Sequence record: MH383160.1
Length of the DNA: 64,000 nucleotides
Reading direction: 5' to 3' (one strand)
The number at the start of each line of letters is the position of its first letter. Position 1 is the first letter of the stretch. This document shows, one piece after another, positions 49,110 to 57,156 of the stretch. The position numbers and the translations under genes are program-made. The notes under the pieces were generated by a model. That model was not told the DNA's origin and made no database searches. It saw only the letters and a list, made by a program, of their open reading frames with translations.

Positions 49110-49429
49110 AAAATTACCTCAACTAAAGCAAGGACTGTATTGAATTCCACTATACTTGTAATTCCTTGAAGGTACATGTACTTTGCTACTACATATTTCT
49201 GTACTAAATTATAATTATTAAATTCCTCAAAATTGTAATTTAGAACATAATCTGTACTCAAAAATATCTTATGCATCTCTAATGCACTTTGATAATACGC
49301 GTACAACTCACGGATATCAATACTGGTTAAATTATATTGTTCATATCTATGATACGGGATGGCTTCAATTTCAATACTATAAAACCATTCTCTTAACTTA
49401 TTAATATCAAATGTATTATTCAGCTTCAT
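49088..49429 (-). CDS. hypothetical protein
   Basis: 113 aa helical ORF. Confidence 0.65.
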   Translation of the reverse strand: MKLNNTFDINKLREWFYSIEIEAIPYHRYEQYNLTSIDIRELYAYYQSALEMHKIFLSTDYVLNYNFEEFNNYNLVQKYVVAKYMYLQGITSIVEFNTVLALVEVILCSTCMI

Positions 49430-49982
49430 AACTCAATACCTCCATTAAACACTCATACACACCGTCAATCGCATAAGCACAAAAATTGAAATTAATTTTG
49501 TGATTCTTGTGTAATGGACTATTGTGTACTGTACTCATTATGACATTATAAAATAACAAACGCACTGGTACAAGCATTGAACCTTGGAAAAATTCTTCCT
49601 CTGATTTATATGTATTGTACTCTATTGCGTTGTTCGTTTCTTTATCATATGTTACCATTACTAACGGGGCATTTTTATTATACCATGCGTACTCTAAATC
49701 ATTCTTTCCAATAACAGAACCAGGTGCGAAATCCAAAAGACCAATAACACTACGGGCATTTGGTATATCTGGTGTATTGAATCGTTTATCAAAATGACTC
49801 GTGCACGCAATATATGTATTGTACTTCGATGGAATAATACCAATACATTTGTGGAAATGACGCTTGTGATATTTCTGGGCATTATATAAGGCTGCAACAA
49901 TACAAGCTAACTTTTGTCCCATAAGGATGGCATTAGCGTAGGTGTACTGAATTTCATTGCTGGTATGGTACTTCGAGGTCAT
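49416..49982 (-). CDS. family A (FQ-module) protein
   Basis: SEEEFFQGSMLV. Confidence 0.75.
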   Translation of the reverse strand: MTSKYHTSNEIQYTYANAILMGQKLACIVAALYNAQKYHKRHFHKCIGIIPSKYNTYIACTSHFDKRFNTPDIPNARSVIGLLDFAPGSVIGKNDLEYAWYNKNAPLVMVTYDKETNNAIEYNTYKSEEEFFQGSMLVPVRLLFYNVIMSTVHNSPLHKNHKINFNFCAYAIDGVYECLMEVLSYEAE

Positions 49983-50265
49983 AATATTTCCTTTGCCATA
50001 TCATGGGCTTAAAATCAATAACAGCTTTCTGTATCTTTTTTAATAATAAGACATCATAACCACCCGTGTCAATCACTAATTGCTGTTGGAACAATTCTTC
50101 ATCGGATAATGTATTGAAATCTACAAAATAATCTGTAACTATCGAATCATTTAAATGTGCCATGTACCAACCTGAACTTCTTGAATAAATCAAATTCCAC
50201 CCATCGTCATCATCTTCTAATTCAACATAAATCATATCTGGGGTATACATCATTTTATACTTCAT
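49954..50265 (-). CDS. family A short-type protein
   Basis: DFNTLSDEELFQQQLVID. Confidence 0.75.
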   Translation of the reverse strand: MKYKMMYTPDMIYVELEDDDDGWNLIYSRSSGWYMAHLNDSIVTDYFVDFNTLSDEELFQQQLVIDTGGYDVLLLKKIQKAVIDFKPMIWQRKYYDLEVPYQQ

Positions 50266-50803
50266 AACTATATCCTTGCATTAATAAATCATAAACTACA
50301 TGGACTAAATTTAATTGAATATAAAATTTTAAACCTTTAATTAATGAATTCAAATGCATTGTACTGAATAACATTAGATACATCATCTCATGCGGTTTTG
50401 TGATTAATGATTTTTGAAATACTTCAGCTTCATCATAAGGGTCTATGAACTGAAATTTGTCTTCATCATAATTTGTATTGGAATGCTGATATATAAAATA
50501 ATCATCATTGGTATTGTACCACAAATATCCTTCGAATCCTGTACTAACATCTTTGGTCAATGGGGATGCTGATACTGGATTTGAACTGATTAATGCACCT
50601 ACATCAACAATCCCCGTTGTATCATATTCGATTTCAACATCAATATCAATGTATTTCCTTGCGATATCTGCGTTTATGGACAAATATAAACTACCACCTG
50701 TCCTCTGACTCAGGATTCCATCTATCTGCGATATAGGATGGTTGTTATTGAGGATAAGCATTATTGTACTTATCTTGTGTGCTAATAACTCTATCTCATT
50801 CAT
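50255..50803 (-). CDS. family A (FQ-module) protein
   Basis: DEAEVFQKSLIT. Confidence 0.75.
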   Translation of the reverse strand: MNEIELLAHKISTIMLILNNNHPISQIDGILSQRTGGSLYLSINADIARKYIDIDVEIEYDTTGIVDVGALISSNPVSASPLTKDVSTGFEGYLWYNTNDDYFIYQHSNTNYDEDKFQFIDPYDEAEVFQKSLITKPHEMMYLMLFSTMHLNSLIKGLKFYIQLNLVHVVYDLLMQGYSYEV

Positions 50804-51003
50804 AATTTACCTATCGATGGATACCTAGGATTTGTAGGATGTAAAATCCTGTCCTGTACTGAAAGGTGCTCAAATGTAATTAAACTCAAATAATAATCGT
50901 AATTATCAATACCACCCTTCAAATGTATATTGTAATACATCTTAATACTATCTAATAATGAATCCTGTAATGCATTTAATGTTATCGTATTAATCTTTTG
51001 CAT
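50800..51003 (-). CDS. small hypothetical protein
   Basis: 67 aa ORF, overlap-coupled. Confidence 0.6.
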   Translation of the reverse strand: MQKINTITLNALQDSLLDSIKMYYNIHLKGGIDNYDYYLSLITFEHLSVQDRILHPTNPRYPSIGKL

Positions 51004-51209
51004 TAATGTTCTTCTCTTAAAAATCGTTTGATAGCATAATCTAAATAAAATTCATAACACATGCTATCTCTGTTCTTTATCCATATTTTGTAATCGGATT
51101 TTATATTACTCAACAAATAATTTGTATTAATTGTGTAATAATCCAAACGACCTAATCGTGCCATTTGATAGGATACTCCGTTCCATTTATTGTATAAGAT
51201 ATAATCCAT
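51003..51209 (-). CDS. small hypothetical protein
   Basis: 68 aa ORF, overlap-coupled. Confidence 0.6.
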   Translation of the reverse strand: MDYILYNKWNGVSYQMARLGRLDYYTINTNYLLSNIKSDYKIWIKNRDSMCYEFYLDYAIKRFLREEH

Positions 51210-51562
51210 CCGTAATGAATAGGACTATTCTTTTCTCCTTTAGGAATAAAATATAAAGATGTACTGGGGTTATAACTGAATAAATCGTTGTTACCAAATG
51301 TAAAATGCGATAACTCAATTTTCCTTGTACCTGTACTTGGACGAAGAGCATTCTTAACACCGAAGACTGTACCTTGATATTTCTCGGAAAATTCAAACAA
51401 TACATCTGTAATTAAATCACGAAACTCCGCATGTATGGTTTCAAAAAAATCTATATTACACGATGTTTTAATATCCTTGAACTCATTATAAAAAGCATGT
51501 CTTGTATTCAAAAGAAATATTACTTTTTTAAGATCCTGAACTATTTCTGGATTCATATTCAT
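51152..51562 (-). CDS. hypothetical protein, family C-like
   Basis: helix then EKYQGTVFGV. Confidence 0.65.
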   Translation of the reverse strand: MNMNPEIVQDLKKVIFLLNTRHAFYNEFKDIKTSCNIDFFETIHAEFRDLITDVLFEFSEKYQGTVFGVKNALRPSTGTRKIELSHFTFGNNDLFSYNPSTSLYFIPKGEKNSPIHYGWIISYTINGTEYPIKWHD

Positions 51563-51794
51563 TTATCTCATTCTGTAACTTAAGCATCAAAATTTGCATA
51601 TTAATTTTTTGTAAAAGGTGCTTGATAAATTTCTGTGCCATTTCTTCTTGTTCTTTTGTACCAAGATAAAATAACAGATTAAATTCTGATAATCGCAAAG
51701 AAAAATCTTCATCACCACCCTTTAAACAAAAATCCCTGTACTTTGTAGCGTACAAATATTGGTTTACCTTTTTATAATACCCTGTGTTTTGCAT
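51528..51794 (-). CDS. family B protein
   Basis: LFYLGTKEQEE. Confidence 0.75.
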   Translation of the reverse strand: MQNTGYYKKVNQYLYATKYRDFCLKGGDEDFSLRLSEFNLLFYLGTKEQEEMAQKFIKHLLQKINMQILMLKLQNEINEYESRNSSGS

Positions 51795-51982
51795 ACTATC
51801 TCCGTTCGCAACGAATTTATATAATAATGAACAAATTGTTCTTGTGAACGTGTTCCAAGAAAAATAAACATATCAAACTCTGTTGTTTTTAAATTCAATG
51901 CATCTTTTGTAAAATTCCTGTTGAATTCCCTGTACTTTTGGGTCTTCCATTCTTGATTAATTGTCTTGTATATCGATTTCAA
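51764..51982 (-). CDS. family B protein
   Basis: FIFLGTRSQEQ. Confidence 0.75.
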   Translation of the reverse strand: MKSIYKTINQEWKTQKYREFNRNFTKDALNLKTTEFDMFIFLGTRSQEQFVHYYINSLRTEIVCKTQGIIKR

Positions 51983-52277
51983 TGATTCTCCCTGACATAC
52001 CTTGTATTAGCTTATCATACATATCGAGCATCACTTTTTGAATATTAATTAGTACTGGCATCGTGCAAATATCAATGTCGTATACTAAGCTGTACTGGAA
52101 TAATTCATCTTCCTGCATTTGTACTAAATTAGGTAAAAGATAATTGTCTGCCTCTTCATCCTGGTACTTGAAATGCATAACACCATCCTTTTTGTACAAA
52201 AGAATGTCAATATCACCTAACTCTTCTGCATAACCAAAAATACATATACTCGATGTTTTTGCTATATTAAATTTCAT
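51957..52277 (-). CDS. family A short-type protein
   Basis: QEDELFQYSLVYD. Confidence 0.75.
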   Translation of the reverse strand: MKFNIAKTSSICIFGYAEELGDIDILLYKKDGVMHFKYQDEEADNYLLPNLVQMQEDELFQYSLVYDIDICTMPVLINIQKVMLDMYDKLIQGMSGRIIEIDIQDN

Positions 52278-53083
52278 GATTTATATTGTTCCTTAAAAAC
52301 ACCACAATGATAATTTTTATTGTATTGTGTAATACTATAATCACACGGCATTGTCCCGCACGAAGCTCTGTGTTTTAAACGTTCCAATACCTTATCGTAA
52401 TCTTTACTGAAAATGCCATTTTCATTGGGCGTAGCAATCATTAATGCTTGCTCATATAAATCTTTTGTTCTTGTTGAACCATGCGAATGTTTGTTAAAAT
52501 AAAATACATATTCAACTTCCCAATTACTTCTTAAATAGGATATTCCGTAATTGATAATCATATAATAATGTAAATCCTTGTAATAATTGAATGTCTTATC
52601 TGTATTAATCAAAATATATGAAGAACTATCATTGTCCTTAATAACAAATAAACGACCAATCTTATTTTCTTTATCTTTAACTAATTGTCTAATTTCATCA
52701 CCTTCTTCAAATTTACGATGCACTTCAATTACAGATTTAGCAATCCCAGTCTGTACTAAAGATTCATATGTTGCGTACATAAAATCACTTACATGACCTA
52801 AACCAACATCTTCTTTTCTTGGTGTCTCTGTTGTATTGACAAACATATTCAATAACTTTTGAATTGAAAAATCAGTACTGCAATCTTTATTAATTTTAAT
52901 TTTTTCTCGAATCTCTTCCTTTAATGCATTAATATATTGCTCTTGTGCTGCTTCCTGATAATTTGTACCAAGATATAAACTCAAGGCAACTGAACCTTTG
53001 TAAGATGCTGATTTCTTTAAATCACCAGAACTAAATTTTTTCATAATCAAATTGGTTGCTTCAGATTCTGTTAAAAATTTCAT
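52274..53083 (-). CDS. family B domain fused to a roughly 190 aa unknown domain
   Basis: N-terminal MKFLTESE...LYLGTNYQEAA then unrelated C-terminal region. Confidence 0.8.
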   Translation of the reverse strand: MKFLTESEATNLIMKKFSSGDLKKSASYKGSVALSLYLGTNYQEAAQEQYINALKEEIREKIKINKDCSTDFSIQKLLNMFVNTTETPRKEDVGLGHVSDFMYATYESLVQTGIAKSVIEVHRKFEEGDEIRQLVKDKENKIGRLFVIKDNDSSSYILINTDKTFNYYKDLHYYMIINYGISYLRSNWEVEYVFYFNKHSHGSTRTKDLYEQALMIATPNENGIFSKDYDKVLERLKHRASCGTMPCDYSITQYNKNYHCGVFKEQYKS

Positions 53084-53119
53084 ATCATTGTACCTTATCT
53101 TAAAATTGAATAGGTAAAC

Positions 53120-53148
53120 ATGTTAACACTATTCAAATGGAGTGTCAA
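53120..53148 (-). promoter_or_regulatory. sigma70-type promoter inside inverted repeat
   Basis: TTGACA-17-TAACAT; arms TGTTGACACT/AGTGTTAACA. Confidence 0.65.
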
Positions 53149-53191
53149 CATTGATCTTCATTCTGTGAATATTAAATTTCATATTATTCTC

Positions 53192-53524
53192 TTATATATT
53201 GAATTCACATACGTGTTGAACAAAATTCTTTGGAAGATGACAATGTGCAATCATCTGCTGTTGCACTTTCTTCATATCTTCTAATGTAAAACCTAAAGAA
53301 TCATCGTGTACTAACATGTACTGAAACTCTTCTTCTTCAGAGATAGAACATAAATTCGGTACTGAAATTGTTTTTGTTTTTCTTGCACCTAATTTCCAAT
53401 GAAAAGAATTATTGCATTTTCTGTACTCAAATATCTTCAACCCAGCACCTCTATTAAAATCAGCTACTACAATGTAACATGAATTCTTACGTACAATACA
53501 ATTAAATTTACGCATTATCTCCAC
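53192..53524 (-). CDS. family A short-type protein
   Basis: SEEEEFQYMLVHD. Confidence 0.75.
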   Translation of the reverse strand: MEIMRKFNCIVRKNSCYIVVADFNRGAGLKIFEYRKCNNSFHWKLGARKTKTISVPNLCSISEEEEFQYMLVHDDSLGFTLEDMKKVQQQMIAHCHLPKNFVQHVCEFNI

Positions 53525-53760
53525 CTCTCTCCGTCATCGCAAGAGTACTGGTACGTTGTCGTTAGGGTAGGGACCATGTTGGTAATGGGCATATTATTAA
53601 CAATAACCGTAACAGGCATAAGAATCGTCTCTACTCTACTCTGTCCTGTCCTTGTGCAATTCATCTTTTGCATTTCATCTGAATCCATGAAATACAATAC
53701 AAATGGTGCAATCCCAAGAACAATACACAAGACGATAAGGAAATTTAAAAAATTTAACAT
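53515..53760 (-). CDS. membrane-anchored protein with two Cys
   Basis: N-terminal TM; CTRTGQSR...YSCDDG. Confidence 0.7.
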   Translation of the reverse strand: MLNFLNFLIVLCIVLGIAPFVLYFMDSDEMQKMNCTRTGQSRVETILMPVTVIVNNMPITNMVPTLTTTYQYSCDDGERWR

Positions 53761-53789
53761 AATTTTTACCCTATGATTAACGTTAGTGT

Positions 53790-53818
53790 ACTATATCAGT
53801 AATGAAAAGTACTGTCAA
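53790..53818 (-). promoter_or_regulatory. sigma70-type promoter
   Basis: TTGACA-17-TATAGT with TG extension; AGTACT overlaps -35. Confidence 0.75.
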
Positions 53819-53819
53819 G

Positions 53820-54215
53820 CTAGTACTGCACTGTTCTAATGAAAGTACCTTTACTCATGGATTTAAGCTTATGAACCTCTTCCTGCATACCCTTAATTAA
53901 CCCTAAAGGTATAGGTAAATCATGTACTAAGCTGTACTGAAAGTATTCTTCTTCAGATAAAGTACTAACATCTGGGACTCCAATTTTAGTTAGATAATCT
54001 TGATGTGTTGACCAATAAATTATATCTTCAGTACTATTGTACTCCCCATATACTGAACAATATTGATGAATATCTTTCCTGTACCCTTGAGCAATAAAGA
54101 ACTTATCTACTGCATTACCAGCATTAATAGAATTCACTTCTATTGTCACAGTACTTGAGCTTGTATAACTCTTAATATTATCAGTACTCAATAATGTGTT
54201 CTTCATAATCACCAT
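53820..54215 (-). CDS. family A short-type protein
   Basis: PDVSTLSEEEYFQYSLVHD. Confidence 0.8.
   Translation of the reverse strand: MVIMKNTLLSTDNIKSYTSSSTVTIEVNSINAGNAVDKFFIAQGYRKDIHQYCSVYGEYNSTEDIIYWSTHQDYLTKIGVPDVSTLSEEEYFQYSLVHDLPIPLGLIKGMQEEVHKLKSMSKGTFIRTVQY
53937..53966. repeat. 30-bp perfect direct repeat, second copy 54301-54330
   Basis: CTGAAAGTATTCTTCTTCAGATAAAGTACT at both sites. Confidence 0.9.
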
Positions 54216-54525
54216 TAGGCTCCTGTTTAGATTCTTTCATTAGTACTATCATCTTATGTACTAATGGCATAGGAAACTCTAAATCCCATACTAATGATTC
54301 CTGAAAGTATTCTTCTTCAGATAAAGTACTTAAATCTTTAATATCAACGTGCTTGTATATTTTATTTTCGTAATTAACAAATGATATATATAAATCACTA
54401 ACATAAGAATCATAGGTAATTGTGAATGGCTTACCCTTGTAATCCATTACATCTCTACATAGACTACTTTTGATATATGTATGTTCAAATGATTTATATA
54501 CCTTGAGTTGTATATTAGTTTTCAT
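54181..54525 (-). CDS. family A short-type protein
   Basis: DLSTLSEEEYFQESLVWD. Confidence 0.8.
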   Translation of the reverse strand: MKTNIQLKVYKSFEHTYIKSSLCRDVMDYKGKPFTITYDSYVSDLYISFVNYENKIYKHVDIKDLSTLSEEEYFQESLVWDLEFPMPLVHKMIVLMKESKQEPNGDYEEHIIEY

Positions 54526-54790
54526 ATTTCTCTTTATTAGCTTGTTTTGTTTTATGGTGAATTAAATCTATTAATGTAATCAAGTACAACGTCAAATAGT
54601 ACTCTTGTTGATCTGTACCTAATGATACAAAGAACTTGTGCTCATAGATTAAAACCTGTTTCTCTTCAAATGGACATTTAATCCTCTGTATAGGCTTAAG
54701 TAAATGATAGTACTTATTAAATCTATGATACATTTCTAGTTCTGTCAGTACTTTCATATTAAACACGTACTCCATTAGCAGTAGCATCAC
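54515..54790 (-). CDS. family B protein
   Basis: VSLGTDQQEY. Confidence 0.75.
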   Translation of the reverse strand: MMLLLMEYVFNMKVLTELEMYHRFNKYYHLLKPIQRIKCPFEEKQVLIYEHKFFVSLGTDQQEYYLTLYLITLIDLIHHKTKQANKEKYEN

Positions 54791-54980
54791 GTAAAGCTGT
54801 CAAATACTTCTGTACTGCTTGCTCTTGTTTATTTGTACCTAAAAGTATATACATCCATAATTCACTGTAATGTACATCTTCTGTATAAGGGTTGTTGTAA
54901 CTTTTTGATAATATAGCATCAAATTCAGATGCATGAACCCTTGTGAACTTAAGAATATCTTGTTGTGTTATGATTCTCAT
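54759..54980 (-). CDS. family B protein
   Basis: ILLGTNKQEQ. Confidence 0.8.
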   Translation of the reverse strand: MRIITQQDILKFTRVHASEFDAILSKSYNNPYTEDVHYSELWMYILLGTNKQEQAVQKYLTALRDATANGVRV

Positions 54981-55192
54981 ATCTTTTCCTGTACAATCTG
55001 TATAAGAATACCTATGTGTGAATTAACAGTTCTCTCTTGATGCTGTGTTCCTAAGAGTGTCAGTACTATCATATCTGAACGCAAAAGATTTTTTTCAAGT
55101 TCACTTATATCAGTTCTTGAATCAAGTGCCATATATTTGTGATTATTCTTCCTGAATAGTGCCAAGTACTCTTGATTTGATATTTCCTTCAT
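54977..55192 (-). CDS. family B protein
   Basis: TLLGTQHQER. Confidence 0.8.
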   Translation of the reverse strand: MKEISNQEYLALFRKNNHKYMALDSRTDISELEKNLLRSDMIVLTLLGTQHQERTVNSHIGILIQIVQEKI

Positions 55193-55410
55193 AGTTTATT
55201 CCTGATGCCATTTAAAAGTGCTCTAATATGCTCATTGACAAATCGCTCTTGGGAATCTGTTCCTAGAGTGAGTAGCAATCTTAAATCTGAACTTTTGATG
55301 TGATATTCTAAATCATTATTTGATTCTTGCATCAGTTTCTTAAAGGATGAGAAGTTTGCAGCCATTAGTTCAATGTATTCTGCTGTTCCTAGTGGTTTGT
55401 GTGTTGACAT
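55189..55410 (-). CDS. family B protein
   Basis: LTLGTDSQER. Confidence 0.8.
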   Translation of the reverse strand: MSTHKPLGTAEYIELMAANFSSFKKLMQESNNDLEYHIKSSDLRLLLTLGTDSQERFVNEHIRALLNGIRNKL

Positions 55411-55622
55411 TTGAGTTGTATTACCCTTTTGAGTGTATTAATGTAATTATACACATTGGCTTCTTGATAGTTTGTTCCTAGAGTAGCTTGAACATAGATT
55501 TCATTTAACTTAATAATTTTATCAGTATCTGGTAGTTTTGATGTGTTAATGGCAAATAACTTCAAAAACAGTCCATTTAAGATTGTTAGGTATTCTTCGT
55601 CGGTAATGATTCGCATTTGCAT
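55389..55622 (-). CDS. family B protein
   Basis: ATLGTNYQEA. Confidence 0.8.
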   Translation of the reverse strand: MQMRIITDEEYLTILNGLFLKLFAINTSKLPDTDKIIKLNEIYVQATLGTNYQEANVYNYINTLKRVIQLKCQHTNH

Positions 55623-55834
55623 TGGATAAACCTTTTTAGTTCTTTGATGTAATCATTAATATTGCATTCTTGGTAGTTAGTTCCCAGTGTAGCTTGAACA
55701 TAGATTTCACTTACTAGAATACTTATTTCATCATCTGGTAATTTCATGCTTTTTGTTATAAACAACTTTAGAATTAAACTACTTAATAGTTGGTTGTATT
55801 CTGTGGGTGAAATGATTTTCATTTTCATTTGCAT
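55586..55834 (-). CDS. family B protein
   Basis: ATLGTNYQEC. Confidence 0.8.
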   Translation of the reverse strand: MQMKMKIISPTEYNQLLSSLILKLFITKSMKLPDDEISILVSEIYVQATLGTNYQECNINDYIKELKRFIQCKCESLPTKNT

Positions 55835-56040
55835 TTTCTCAGTACTGATTCTTTAAGTTCATTGATGTAGTCCTCAACGAATTGTTCTTGTAGGTTTGTT
55901 CCGAGATATAACAGTACTCTTAAATCTGCTCTAAGTACTTCTTTGTCATCTTCATCTATATCAGACAGTGTTATGTTTAAGAATTTACTTGAATTCTCTA
56001 CAAGTAATATTACTTCTTCACCTTCTCTTAAAATTTTCAT
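55825..56040 (-). CDS. family B protein
   Basis: LYLGTNLQEQ. Confidence 0.8.
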   Translation of the reverse strand: MKILREGEEVILLVENSSKFLNITLSDIDEDDKEVLRADLRVLLYLGTNLQEQFVEDYINELKESVLRKCK

Positions 56041-56246
56041 AATCTTAGTGCTTTCCTCGACAGTAGGTACAGGTAACGTTCAGTGCATTGTTCTTGATAG
56101 TTTGTTCCTAATAAATGAACTAAATGTTGTTCAGCTATAGAAAGCTGCTTGTCTTCATAACAAGCGTATCGTTGTTTCCTATGGTATTCTTTATTGATAA
56201 CATCAAGGATGATAACACCGTATTCGTCATCTGTCAAGTGTTTCAT
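56037..56246 (-). CDS. family B protein
   Basis: HLLGTNYQEQ. Confidence 0.8.
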   Translation of the reverse strand: MKHLTDDEYGVIILDVINKEYHRKQRYACYEDKQLSIAEQHLVHLLGTNYQEQCTERYLYLLSRKALRL

Positions 56247-56484
56247 GCTTTTTTCTTTTTCTTATATGTTTAGTTAAAAGGTATATTAGTTTTCTGATGT
56301 ATTCTTCCTGATAGTTTGTTCCTAAGAGTGCAAGAAGTTTTGCTTCAACTAAAGCTAATTGACGTTCTTCGAATGTGTGTTCCAGTATGTACTTGGGGTT
56401 TGATTTTTTAGCGTAAGCACTATTAGTCTTCATTACAATCTTATGATATTCATTAGCTGTTAGGATTTTTAAATACTTGATCAT
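56227..56484 (-). CDS. family B protein
   Basis: ALLGTNYQEE. Confidence 0.8.
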   Translation of the reverse strand: MIKYLKILTANEYHKIVMKTNSAYAKKSNPKYILEHTFEERQLALVEAKLLALLGTNYQEEYIRKLIYLLTKHIRKRKKHETLDR

Positions 56485-56704
56485 GTATCTTTTCCTTTAT
56501 AGAGAATTTAAGATATCGAAGCATACTTTCAATGTAATACTCTTGTCTGTCAGTGCCAAGAAAGTACATGAGTTGAATGTATAAAACTTCTGCACTCCTT
56601 TCCGCTGGAGACTTGTTTGTGTCGTTTGGAAGTTGATTTGTATGTTTTCTTGATTTAATTAGTCGTTCTTTTAACTCATCGTCTGTTAAGTATTTCATTT
56701 TCAT
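56453..56704 (-). CDS. family B protein (recent triplet)
   Basis: PAERSAEVL...FLGTDRQEY. Confidence 0.8.
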   Translation of the reverse strand: MKMKYLTDDELKERLIKSRKHTNQLPNDTNKSPAERSAEVLYIQLMYFLGTDRQEYYIESMLRYLKFSIKEKIHDQVFKNPNS

Positions 56705-56930
56705 TTACTTTTTCCTTAATAGTAATTTTAAGATATCTAATCATACGTGCAACATATTCCTCTTGTCTATCAGTTCCCAGAAGATATGGTAGTGATTGGA
56801 ATAATACTTCTGCACTCCTTTCTGCTGGGGTTTGGTTTAGGTCAATTGGACGTTTATTGGTATATCTCTTGGCACGAACTAATCTCTCGACGTATTCATT
56901 ATAGGTTAAGTATATCATTTCATTTTGCAT
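56676..56930 (-). CDS. family B protein (recent triplet)
   Basis: PAERSAEVL...LLGTDRQEE. Confidence 0.8.
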   Translation of the reverse strand: MQNEMIYLTYNEYVERLVRAKRYTNKRPIDLNQTPAERSAEVLFQSLPYLLGTDRQEEYVARMIRYLKITIKEKVNENEILNRR

Positions 56931-57156
56931 TTACTTTTTCCTTAATAGTAATTTTGAGATATTTAATTATACGTTCAATGTGATACTCTTGCCTATCAGT
57001 TCCAAGAAGGTATGGTAATCTTTGGAATAAAACTTCCGCACTCCTTTCTGCTGGGGTTTGATTTGTGTTGTGAGGAAGTTTATTTGTAAGTCTTTTGGAT
57101 TTATCTAGTCTTTCTGTTAACTCATCATGTGTTAAGTATATCATTTCATTTTGCAT
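56920..57156 (-). CDS. family B protein (recent triplet)
   Basis: PAERSAEVL...LLGTDRQEY. Confidence 0.8.
   Translation of the reverse strand: MQNEMIYLTHDELTERLDKSKRLTNKLPHNTNQTPAERSAEVLFQRLPYLLGTDRQEYHIERIIKYLKITIKEKVNAK

Noticed and set aside
25501-54525. EExYFQxS as a TEV-like protease site (ENLYFQ/S)
   Set aside because: An extra residue lies between Q and S, the position-5/6 pattern and following helix are also conserved, and no 3C-like protease is visible. Probably a coincidental resemblance.
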